Of a stretch of DNA of 26,622 nucleotides, positions 1 through 9,400 are shown piece by piece. The DNA is from a virus. Lineage: Duplodnaviria; Caudoviricetes. The notes under the pieces were generated by a model. The model was not told the DNA's origin and made no database searches. It saw nothing but the letters and a program-made list of their open reading frames with translations. The stretch's first letter is position 1, and each line of letters opens with the position of its first letter. The stretch covers positions 1-26,622 of the IMG/VR virus record IMGVR_UViG_3300009159_000266; one strand, 5' to 3'. Position numbers and translations under genes: made by a program.

Positions 1-113
1 ACAATCATGTCATAATCGCTGTCTTCGGGACTGACATATGAGCAATAGGTATTCTTGCTCTTGTGTATCTCTGCTAGCAGATCGCGGTTATTTAAATAGT
101 TCACTCTTTTCAT
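1..113 (-). CDS. gp55: T4 gp55-like late-transcription sigma factor, 5' part (runs off the window start)
   Basis: Manual reverse translation from ATG at 113: MKRVNYLNNRDLLAEIHKSKNTYCSYVSPEDSDYDMI, open to position 1. NYLNNRDLL resembles the N-terminal NYVNNKELL of T4 gp55. An SD-like AAGGA lies just upstream. TATAAATA-type late promoters in the window are consistent. Only 37 codons are visible. Confidence 0.7.
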   Translation of the reverse strand, partial: MKRVNYLNNRDLLAEIHKSKNTYCSYVSPEDSDYDMI

Positions 114-181
114 AGTAATTCCTTGTTTTAAGTTGTCTGCTTTACTGCCTGGAGATTATAAAGTGCGCCTATTATGATGCC

Positions 182-189
182 TATAAATA
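182..189 (+). promoter_or_regulatory. T4-type late promoter TATAAATA
   Basis: Exact T4 late consensus in the intergenic region, 60 nt upstream of the first structural gene (ATG 249). Confidence 0.75.
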
Positions 190-196
190 TTGTGTT

Positions 197-225
197 AGTA
201 TACTGAATTTTATATGAAAAAACAA
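197..225 (-). promoter_or_regulatory. sigma70-type promoter for the gp55-like gene (TTGTTT-N17-TATACT)
   Basis: On the minus strand: -35 TTGTTT (225-220), 17-nt spacer (219-203), -10 TATACT (202-197), pointing to ATG 113. The AT-rich context raises the chance of a random match. Confidence 0.5.
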
Positions 226-248
226 CCTATTAATAAACGGATTTAACA

Positions 249-1130
249 ATGGGACTATTTGATACAGCAGGTAAAATCATAGGCACCGTTGGTGCTGTTG
301 GCAATGTTATTTCTTCTAATCCCACATTAAGTCGTTTATTTGGAGCAGGATTATCTAAAGGAGCAGAAGCCAATGATAAATTGCGTGCCTCGGCAAGATT
401 TTCCACAAGGAATGGACAAACAGATTACAGAGTGAGAGTAGTATTACCTCCTAAAAGCGATCTTTGGAATGTTTTTTTCCAAGTATATAAAGATACAATA
501 GATTCAGGAGAAGGTAGAGCCGCTAATAATATTTTAGAACCACTTGGTAATGCAGGAGGAGTAGTATTTCCTTTAACACCATCGATAATTATTCAGCACT
601 CGGCTAATTACACACCATTGAATATGCCTCACAGCAACTATCCACATTATGCATATGGACATAGCGAAGTTCCATCATTTACAGTAACAGGAGAATTTCC
701 AGTACAAAATCAAGAAGATGCTAGATATTGGGTTGCAATGTTACATTTTTTTAGATCAGTAACCAAAATGTTTTTTGGAGGAGAAGAGAATGATCCTTTA
801 AAAGGTAATCCACCACCAATACTACATTTATCTGGATATGGAGATTATGTTTTTAATAACATACCAGTGGTTGTAACAAACTTTAACGTTGATTTGAGAC
901 CAGACGTGGATTATATTTGTACTTCACAAAGTTCAAGAAGTAGAAGTGATATTAATCCTAACATAGTATTGAACACAGATCAAAATAAAACATGGGCGCC
1001 TACATTGAGTACAGTAACATTACAATTGCAGCCAATTTATTCTAGGGATTCTGTGAAAAAATTCAGCATGAAAGATTTTGTTAATGGTAGATTAATTGGC
1101 AAAGACGAGAGAGGAATAGGTTATATCTAA
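249..1130 (+). CDS. Baseplate tail-tube initiator/cap-like protein (gp48/gp54-like tube fold)
   Basis: 293 aa with FPLTPSI...ANY, GNPPP.L.L.GYG.YVF.NIPVVV.NF.VDL motifs typical of contractile-tail tube-initiator proteins. First gene of the baseplate operon, directly before the gp53-like gene. Confidence 0.6.
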   Translation: MGLFDTAGKIIGTVGAVGNVISSNPTLSRLFGAGLSKGAEANDKLRASARFSTRNGQTDYRVRVVLPPKSDLWNVFFQVYKDTIDSGEGRAANNILEPLGNAGGVVFPLTPSIIIQHSANYTPLNMPHSNYPHYAYGHSEVPSFTVTGEFPVQNQEDARYWVAMLHFFRSVTKMFFGGEENDPLKGNPPPILHLSGYGDYVFNNIPVVVTNFNVDLRPDVDYICTSQSSRSRSDINPNIVLNTDQNKTWAPTLSTVTLQLQPIYSRDSVKKFSMKDFVNGRLIGKDERGIGYI

Positions 1131-1429
1131 TGGCTACATATAGTAATACCAGTCCATATTTTGGAACCACACAAAATAATATCAGTCTAGATTTACTACA
1201 ACCTAGAACTATCACAGCAGAAAATGACGACGTCAGTTATACCATCGATAGAATATATGCTTATAGACCAGATCTTTTAGCCTATGACTTATATGGTACT
1301 CCGAGACTATGGTGGGTATTTGCTCAAAGAAATCCTAATGTAATTGAGGATCCTATATATGATTTTTCAACAGGTAAAACTATACAACTACCTAAATTAA
1401 GTAATCTAAGAAACGATTTAGGTTTTTAA
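1130..1429 (+). CDS. Baseplate wedge protein, T4 gp53-like (LysM-related fold)
   Basis: 99 aa, YRPDLLAYDLYGTPRLWWVFAQRN matches the RPD..A..LYG...WW...N signature of gp53/tail-X proteins. Coupled to the upstream gene by a TAATG overlap. Confidence 0.8.
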   Translation: MATYSNTSPYFGTTQNNISLDLLQPRTITAENDDVSYTIDRIYAYRPDLLAYDLYGTPRLWWVFAQRNPNVIEDPIYDFSTGKTIQLPKLSNLRNDLGF

Positions 1430-1430
1430 A

Positions 1431-3641
1431 ATGTCGGATTATACATTTAACTTAGACACAGCTAGAGGAATAGCAGAAACATATCAAAAAGATATTACTA
1501 CCGATAGACAAGTAATATTAGATTCTGTTGAAAAAAATCAATTACATCAGTTTGCCACCTACAATTATATTTTTACATTGAGTGGTCTCAAAGAATCTGA
1601 AATAAGAAATCCTAAAGATTTTATGACAGCCAGTCCTCATGATATTATAGCTAGAACGGGCGGAATAGGAAATCCAGCATCGAGTAGTGTAACCACAGAA
1701 GCTGCCGAAGAAGCAAAAAAATTACTCAATGAAAGAGAACTAGCATCAATTGATAGAGCAAAGTCTATATTAAATTTAGGAAGAGATATATATTTTGAAA
1801 ATGTTAACATGGATTCTATACATGGATTCAATTCAGAAAGACGAACGGGCTCAGTAACCAAGATTGTTATGAGATTAAACGAACCAGCCGGAGTAACTAT
1901 ATTAGAAAAACTCAAAGCCGCTGCCAGCAACAGTGGTTACAAAGACCATATCAGCGCACCATATCTATTAACTATTCAGTTTCGAGGATTTGACGAACAA
2001 GGAAAAATAACCACAGTAGATGCTCTAACAACCAAGAGATATATTCCAATTAAAATAGTAAAAATGAATATTAAAGTAAACACAGCTGGTGCAACTTATG
2101 ATTTAGACTGCATACCTTACAATGAAGTACCATACCTAAATAGATATAATTTCATTAGAACTAATATGAAATTAGAAGGATCCTCAACCGGCGTTAGAAC
2201 ATTTTTACAAGATTTTAATAACAAACTAAACAAGATGACCGAAGATGAAGCAAAAAGAAAAGTATTCACTGAAGGCATGCAAGATACCTATCAAATAACA
2301 GTAGATCCTTCTTTTGCTGATGTACCTTTAAAAACTAATGGAGATCAGGTAAAAAATAGTAAAACTGTATCTTTAAATGATTATGAATTTGATCCAGACA
2401 CCACTGTTTTAAGAAATAACGAGACTCCTACCACAGCATATAAATTTAATGTTGCAGGAGAATTAAATGCAAACACAGCAATTATAAAAGTATTAGAAGA
2501 AGCAATGACAAGTTTACAACCAATTCAAGAAGTTTGGCAGGATTGGTTTCAAAAAACAACCAACAATTTAAGAGAAAACACCGGCAAACAGATATTATCC
2601 AATGTAGATATAGCATCTTTAAACGAAGATGATTTTAAAGTTAAGTGGTTTAGAATCAAAGCAGCGATAGAAACAGATGTCACTAGATTTGATAGATTAA
2701 CGAAAACACACCCAAAGACAATAAAATTTCATATAGAACCATATGATCTTCATATTTTTAGATTAGTAAAACCAGGATTGTCGCTGGGAGGACAAAACAA
2801 AGTTAAAGTAAAAAAACTTTATGATTATATATTCACAGGAAATAATACTGACATATTAGATCTAGATATTAATTATAAAGTAGCGTGGTACATAACAAAA
2901 CTACCGCCCAATAATCCTCATAATAAAGATAGAATTTCTTTTGAGGACGATGTGTCTTTACTATCTCAAATAGGAGCTGAAGATCAGATAGAAGAATTTT
3001 TACCAACACAATCAGCTCCCGGAACTGTAAGAAGTACTCGTAGCGGACTATTCAGCACAGAAAAGAAACAAGACGTAGATCTTTTTATGGACGTGTTGAC
3101 CAACCCTACAGCAGATATGGTTAAAGTACAACTAAAAATTATCGGTGATCCTTCCTGGATAGGAGTTAGTCAATTCTTACCAATCAATGTAGAAAATACA
3201 GGAGCAGGAGTAGGATCTGATAAAAATATTAGAGATTTAGGATTTGTTGGGCAATGGAGCAATCAATATAAGTCTTTTAATACTGACATAGCAGATCCTG
3301 TAATACGTTTAAATTTTAAAATGCCATCGGATCTAGATGATGTAAAAGGAGTTTATGAATTAGGAACAACACAAAGTGCTGTGTTCTCAGGATTATACCA
3401 GGTATATAAAGTTGAAAGTAATTTTGCCAATGGAGCATTTACTCAGGTATTACATATGACTAGATTCAATAATCAATCAAATAGTGCAAAAACAAAAACT
3501 TTGACAGACATATATTATATTTTTCCAGACGGTCGTACTGTACCTGTACCTCAAATTTCAGATTATTTCTTATCAGCTCAAGAAGACACACCCAATACAA
3601 ACAACAACCCCAATACAAATAACAACGGAGATACTTTCTAA
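1431..3641 (+). CDS. Putative baseplate hub protein (gp27-like position)
   Basis: 736 aa between the gp53-like and gp5-like genes. The C-terminal LKIIGDP...FSGLYQVYKVESNF.NG.FTQ.L.M.R pattern resembles the last barrel of hub/gpD-type proteins. Confidence 0.6.
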   Translation: MSDYTFNLDTARGIAETYQKDITTDRQVILDSVEKNQLHQFATYNYIFTLSGLKESEIRNPKDFMTASPHDIIARTGGIGNPASSSVTTEAAEEAKKLLNERELASIDRAKSILNLGRDIYFENVNMDSIHGFNSERRTGSVTKIVMRLNEPAGVTILEKLKAAASNSGYKDHISAPYLLTIQFRGFDEQGKITTVDALTTKRYIPIKIVKMNIKVNTAGATYDLDCIPYNEVPYLNRYNFIRTNMKLEGSSTGVRTFLQDFNNKLNKMTEDEAKRKVFTEGMQDTYQITVDPSFADVPLKTNGDQVKNSKTVSLNDYEFDPDTTVLRNNETPTTAYKFNVAGELNANTAIIKVLEEAMTSLQPIQEVWQDWFQKTTNNLRENTGKQILSNVDIASLNEDDFKVKWFRIKAAIETDVTRFDRLTKTHPKTIKFHIEPYDLHIFRLVKPGLSLGGQNKVKVKKLYDYIFTGNNTDILDLDINYKVAWYITKLPPNNPHNKDRISFEDDVSLLSQIGAEDQIEEFLPTQSAPGTVRSTRSGLFSTEKKQDVDLFMDVLTNPTADMVKVQLKIIGDPSWIGVSQFLPINVENTGAGVGSDKNIRDLGFVGQWSNQYKSFNTDIADPVIRLNFKMPSDLDDVKGVYELGTTQSAVFSGLYQVYKVESNFANGAFTQVLHMTRFNNQSNSAKTKTLTDIYYIFPDGRTVPVPQISDYFLSAQEDTPNTNNNPNTNNNGDTF
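3591..3626 (+). repeat. 18-bp tandem duplication encoding PNTNNN x2
   Basis: cccaatacaaacaacaac / cccaatacaaataacaac, one mismatch, in the low-complexity C-terminus of the hub-like gene. Confidence 0.85.
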
Positions 3642-6040
3642 TGAGTTTAAAAACACATTTAGGAGGAGATGCAGCAACGCCTTCGTTGCCTAAAGTTGAT
3701 ACAGGTTTAGGTAGTGTAGATTCTGGTCCTTATATAGGTATAGTAAAATCTAATCAAGATCCATTAAGAATGGGCAGATTGGGAGTTTATATACCCTCAT
3801 TAGCAGGGTACGGAGAATCATCAACAGGAAAATTAGTTACTTGCGAATATCTAGCACCATTTTATGGGGCTAAAACTACAAAATATTTGGGAGAAAGCGA
3901 TCCTTACAATTATAAAGCATCTCAACATTCTTACGGAATGTGGATGGTACCACCAGATATAGACACAAAAGTTTTAGTTATATTTGTTGAAGGAAAATCA
4001 GATCAAGCATTTTGGATAGGATGCATACAAGAACCATTAATGAATCAAATGATTCCCGGTATAGGTGCTACAGAAAAAACCGGACTTGCAGACACTGGTT
4101 CAGAAACAGATAGTAAACAAACCATGTATGGCACAGAAATATTGCCAGCTGGAGAAATTAACAGAGCAACATTAGATGTAGTAGGGGGCAATGCAGTTGA
4201 TCCTATATTAAAAAGACCCATACATCCGTTTGCAGAAACGCTTAGGCAGCAGGGATTGATACAAGATGATGTGAGAGGCACTACCACGTCCTCTGCCAGA
4301 AGAGAAAGTCCAAGCAATGTGTTTGGGATCAGCACGCCAGGACGTAGAGACACCAGTTCTTCTCCTAAAAATGTGGGAGTTGTAAATTCAAAACACGAAG
4401 AAGTTATTGACAGATTGTCCGGCCACACTTTTGTCATGGACGATGGTGACAACATCGGTGATAATCAACTTATAAGACTAAGATCCGCCTCGGGACACCA
4501 ACTATTGTTGCATGATACCAAGGGAGTGGTATACATAGCCAATGGGTCAGGAAACGTCTGGATGGAATTCAGTGCCAATGGTGCCATAGACATATATGCC
4601 GGCGGAGGTGTAAACATCAGATCTAGAGGAGATATGAATTTTCATAGTGATAATAACATTAATATGTTTGCTAGAAAACAAATAAAATTAAGTTCGGTAG
4701 GAAAATTAGTTATAGATGGGGGAGCAATACAAACCTATGCTGATTATGATATACAATCGCAGGCTAGATATGGCAGCATCACTAATAAAGCACCCAATGG
4801 ATCAATAGTTTCATATGCAGGAGAAACACAATTGCACATGGCCACAGGTCAAACTCATTTAACAGGTAGTCAAATACATTTTAATAGTATAGGTACTAGT
4901 CCCAACATCATAGCCACTTACGAAAGGACCATTGCGCAAGATCCCGCGGGCACAGGAACCAAGAGAGAAGGTATACCAGATGTTAATCCTTCCAACAAGT
5001 ATACCTACGGTCCTATCAAGGTTGACCAAAATGCCAACATCACCATGTCAGGCATGCGTATCTGTACGCACGAGCCGTTCCCATTCCATTTTGACAAAGT
5101 TGTGAGCTTCAAGGGCACTAGCCCTGGCCCTTTGAGCAACGTGCCTGGCACGGCCGAGTTCATAGCTCAAAGAAATAGATTGTCTGATAATCCAAGTAGG
5201 AGATATATGCAGCTTGCAGCCGACATGCAGCATGAATGCGAAAAACGAGGATTGGGACAGTTGCAATCATCAGTAAATAAAGTGTCAAATGTTGTCAAGC
5301 AGCCCACAGGAGACATACAAACGATTCAAAAAGTTTGCAATGAAATTGCCAACGATTATAATAAACTTTATGGTTTACCCGATGGTGGTCCGTTCAATAT
5401 CTCTGCCATAGCAGAAGGAGTCAGCAGCACTATTCAACAGACAGTGAGTGCCTTGACCGGGGAACAACAGGATTTCTTGGGCAAAACACTTTTTATAGAT
5501 CAAGGAGGACTTCTATATACAACAGGCAATTTGACCAAGGCCATATCATCACCACTGAATTTTACCACCGGCGCACTGAGCACAGTGAAAGACATTGTGT
5601 CCACCTCCGGCAGCGTGTTGGGTGCATTTGGTCAAGCCAAAGATAGATTGTTTGGAGTGGAAGGCATAGATGATCTAGGACAGGTAGGTATTGCCAACTC
5701 ATTCATCGCCGGACCTGGTCCTTTCACAGGAGGAAATATTTTTGGTGATATATTCAACGCTGGATCGCCAAACATTGAAGGTATATTTTCAGGCATGGGG
5801 CAGATACCAGGAATAGGACAGATACCAGGATTTGGCCTAGCCAATCAGACCATTGGCACTGTCAACATGGTCAACAACATCTACAAGTCAGTGATGGGAT
5901 CTGACATCACTGCAGTGACCGAGATAAGTAGTTTGGTGACGGATTTTGGCAGTGCGATTAGCTCAGAAATAGCAAGCATAGCCTCTAACCTTGGCAGTGT
6001 TTTTGGATTTGGAGGAGGATCAAGTTTCTTTGATATATAA
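3641..6040 (+). CDS. gp5: Baseplate central spike, T4 gp5/VgrG-like, with long C-terminal extension
   Basis: N-terminal OB-fold motifs (YIGIVK.N.DPLRMGRLGV, GMWMVPPDIDTKVLVIF), then beta-helix repeats (SGHTFVMDD, LRSASGHQLLLHD, WMEFSANGAIDIY) ending at IHFN. Lies directly before gp25. Confidence 0.85.
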   Translation: MSLKTHLGGDAATPSLPKVDTGLGSVDSGPYIGIVKSNQDPLRMGRLGVYIPSLAGYGESSTGKLVTCEYLAPFYGAKTTKYLGESDPYNYKASQHSYGMWMVPPDIDTKVLVIFVEGKSDQAFWIGCIQEPLMNQMIPGIGATEKTGLADTGSETDSKQTMYGTEILPAGEINRATLDVVGGNAVDPILKRPIHPFAETLRQQGLIQDDVRGTTTSSARRESPSNVFGISTPGRRDTSSSPKNVGVVNSKHEEVIDRLSGHTFVMDDGDNIGDNQLIRLRSASGHQLLLHDTKGVVYIANGSGNVWMEFSANGAIDIYAGGGVNIRSRGDMNFHSDNNINMFARKQIKLSSVGKLVIDGGAIQTYADYDIQSQARYGSITNKAPNGSIVSYAGETQLHMATGQTHLTGSQIHFNSIGTSPNIIATYERTIAQDPAGTGTKREGIPDVNPSNKYTYGPIKVDQNANITMSGMRICTHEPFPFHFDKVVSFKGTSPGPLSNVPGTAEFIAQRNRLSDNPSRRYMQLAADMQHECEKRGLGQLQSSVNKVSNVVKQPTGDIQTIQKVCNEIANDYNKLYGLPDGGPFNISAIAEGVSSTIQQTVSALTGEQQDFLGKTLFIDQGGLLYTTGNLTKAISSPLNFTTGALSTVKDIVSTSGSVLGAFGQAKDRLFGVEGIDDLGQVGIANSFIAGPGPFTGGNIFGDIFNAGSPNIEGIFSGMGQIPGIGQIPGFGLANQTIGTVNMVNNIYKSVMGSDITAVTEISSLVTDFGSAISSEIASIASNLGSVFGFGGGSSFFDI
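5798..5833 (+). repeat. Imperfect 18-bp tandem repeat encoding GQIPGI-GQIPGF
   Basis: cagataccagga occurs at 5801-5812 and 5819-5830. Confidence 0.8.
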
Positions 6041-6043
6041 AAT

Positions 6044-6451
6044 ATGGCATATGTAGATAAAAATTCAGCTAATAATAAGAGACAAATCTTCAAAGGATTT
6101 AGTTCTAGATCCAGTAATACTAATTTTAAACTGTATGATTTTGAATTAATTAAACAGGATTTGATCAATCGTCTCAGTGTGCGTAAAGGAGAAAGAGTAG
6201 AAAATCCTGAATTTGGTACAATAATATATGATTTAATATTTGAACCATTAACAGATGCTGTAAAACAAGCAGTAGCGGACGATATTGCACAAAATCTTAA
6301 TGCTGATCCTAGATTAAGTACCAAAGAGATTATAGTCAGTGAGACTGAGCACGGCATATCAGTACAAGCTACAATAGTATATGTGCCTTATAATATTACC
6401 GAAAAATTAGTGTTAAGTTTCGACGAAAACGCAGCTCTGCGCCTTTCTTAA
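6044..6451 (+). CDS. gp25: Baseplate wedge subunit gp25 (gpW/gp25 family, sheath initiator)
   Basis: 135 aa, LIKQDLINRLSVRKGERVENPEFGTIIYDLIFEP...DPRL is the gp25 signature (GER...P.FG..I...LFEP). Confidence 0.92.
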   Translation: MAYVDKNSANNKRQIFKGFSSRSSNTNFKLYDFELIKQDLINRLSVRKGERVENPEFGTIIYDLIFEPLTDAVKQAVADDIAQNLNADPRLSTKEIIVSETEHGISVQATIVYVPYNITEKLVLSFDENAALRLS

Positions 6452-6471
6452 TCTACGCACATAATAATATC

Positions 6472-6479
6472 CATAAATA
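6472..6479 (+). promoter_or_regulatory. Late promoter variant CATAAATA
   Basis: 7/8 match to TATAAATA in the 43-nt gap, ending 15 nt before the gp6 ATG (6495). Confidence 0.6.
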
Positions 6480-6494
6480 TCCGTGTATTAAACT

Positions 6495-9400
6495 ATGGCC
6501 ACCACTGACAGACAAAATCGCTTACTTGTAGCCGAGGATTGGCGTAAAATCTATACTGCCTTTCAACAAGCAGATTTTAAATCTTACGATTTTGAAACTC
6601 TAAGAAGAACCATGGTAGCCTATCTTAGAGAAAACTATCCAGATGATTTTAATGATTTTGTAGAATCTTCTGAATATGTTGCACTAATAGATCTTATTGC
6701 TTACATAGCACAATCATTAAGTTTTCGAATAGATTTGAATGCTAGAGAAAATTTTATCGAAACAGCTAGTAGAAGAGATTCCATATTAAGATTAGCTAGA
6801 TTAATCAACTACAATGCTAAAAGAAATAAACCAGCTACAGGATTATTAAAATTAGTATCTGTTAGAACTACACAAAATGTTACTGACAGTTCGGGAACCA
6901 ATTTATCTAATTCTACAGTTGTGTGGAATGATAGTACCAATGCCAATTATAGAGAACAGATTATTAATATATTAAATGCTGCCAATGTTGATGGACAACG
7001 TTTTGGCAAACCTCTAGAATTAGACAACATCGGAGGAATTAAGACAGAAATTTATACAGTCAATACCACAAACGTAGATGTTCCTATGTTTCAATTTACA
7101 AAAAATGTCAGTGGTATAACTAGAAATTTTGAAATAGTACCAGCCTCTATATCCAATTCAGAATCAATATACGAATTGTCTCCAATACAAGGAGGAGGAA
7201 TGACATATGTTTATAGAACCGACGGCGCTGGTGATTCTAGTCCTAACACAGGATTCTTTTTCTTATTCAAACAAGGATCTTTAACTAGTAATACTTTTTC
7301 AATAAATCAACCCACAACCAATTATGTTAAAAGTATATCAGTTAATAATATTAATAATGATGATGTATGGTTGTATGAATTAGATGATTTTGGACAAATA
7401 GAAAAATTATGGACAAGGGTACCAGATCTTGTTGGAAATAATACCATTTATAATTCTTTATCTGCCGATGTAAGAGATATCTACAATGTTGTGACAAGGA
7501 ACAACGATGCTATAGATCTTGTATTTGGAGATGGAAATTTTGCCAATATACCATCTGGAGCATTTAAATCTTATTACAGAATCAGTGACAACGCCAAATA
7601 TTCTATACAACCAGCCGACATGCAGAATATACAATTTAGCATGCAATATCAGGATACTAACGGTTCTTTACAAACATTAACTTTTACTGTGTCTTTACAA
7701 CAATCTGTATACAATGCCGCATCTACAGAGAGTGATGATAGCATCAGGACCAAAGCACCACAGGTATATTATTCTCAAAACAGAATGATTACAGCAGAAG
7801 ATTATAACATAGTGCCATTATCAGCTTCGCAAGAAATAATCAAAGTCAAAGCAGTGAATAGAAGTGCCAGTGGTATCAGTAGAGCTAAAGAAATTATAGA
7901 CCCAACAGGTGCCTATAGTAATGTATCAACATTTGCTGATGACGGAATATTATACAGAGAAGAAAGTTTACCTCAATTTACTTTTACATTTACAAACAGA
8001 AATGAAATATTAGATGTAATTAATCGATTGATAGAAAGTAAATTGAATGAAGCATATTCAAGACAGTTTTATTATATAAAATATGGAACTAAAAATTTAA
8101 GTACATTAGCGGCCAGCTGGATCAGTACAACCACAGGCACAAATACCAATACTGGATATTTTGAAGCAGGTGGACCTTTGGTTGTTGGAGATTTTGCTAC
8201 AAGTAATTTAAAATATGCCGAGCCCGGAGCCTTAATTAAATTTACATCTCCAGATACACGAAAATTTTTAAATGGCAAATTAGTAACTGCAGGAACAGAT
8301 CTTGGAGAAGATAGAAAATGGTGCAAAATATCAGCAGTAGTAGGAGATGGAGCAAACAGTGGAGAGGGTAATTTAGAGTCTGGTGTGGGTCCAATTACAT
8401 TAAATGATATTGTACCACAAGGTGCAGTGTTAAATGCTATATTTCCTAAATTTGTTACAATATTTGATTCAGCATTAAAGACAGATTTACAAGATAGAAT
8501 AGAAACATATGAAGAATTTGGACTAAGATACGACGAAGAAAATGCAGAATGGAAGATAATCTCAGCAGCCAATTTAGACACAGATACTATTTTTTCATTA
8601 GATAATGCTGGAGATAACACGTCAAGCAACCAAGATGCTAGTTGGTGGTTTAAATTTACTAATGACGGGAATACCTACACAGTTAATTACAGAGAAATGG
8701 ATTATATTTTTGAATCAAAGGGTGATAATAAATTTCATTATGATAAAACTGAAAGAATATATGATTACATTTCTGGAAAATCAGTTAAAGACACAGTAAA
8801 AATTCTTAAAAGTAATACTGCACCTAGCACAGGATCACCTATAGGTTATCCAATTAATTGGCAGGTAGTTGATACAGTAGAAGAGGCGGATGGATACCAA
8901 GATAATAGGAAAATCAAAGTAGGATTTTACGACGACGACGACGACGGAGTGGTTGATAATCCAGATATTTTTGATATTGTAGTAGATCCAAACACAAATA
9001 TTAGCACAAAATTTATATTTTTTGAAAAATATACTAGTTACGATAATATAGAAAGATATAGACCATATGCTTCTAGTAATTTTATAGTTAATGAAAACGA
9101 AAGTGCTATTATATTACCAGGAACATATGAAAATGGACAACTATTTTATTTTTATGCCGATGACGAAAACGTTATTAAAAAATATAATACAGAGTCTGGA
9201 TTGTTAGAAACAACAACAGATTATTATGCTAGAAGAGGTAGAGGATCTATAGAATTCCAATATAAACATAATGCTGGACAAGAAACAAGGATTGATCCAT
9301 CGCAAACCAACATAATGGATGTTTATATGCTTGAAAGATCTTATGACCAATTATTTAGAACATGGTTATCGCAAGGAGGAGACCAGCCAACTCCTTCAAC

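Noticed and set aside
167-184. Direct repeat GCCTAT (167-172, 179-184) beside the late promoter
   Set aside because: Only 6 bp and two copies; not distinguishable from chance.
8605-8799. 64-aa + strand alternative-frame ORF inside gp6
   Set aside because: Fully nested and out of frame, with no motif or expression signal I can support.
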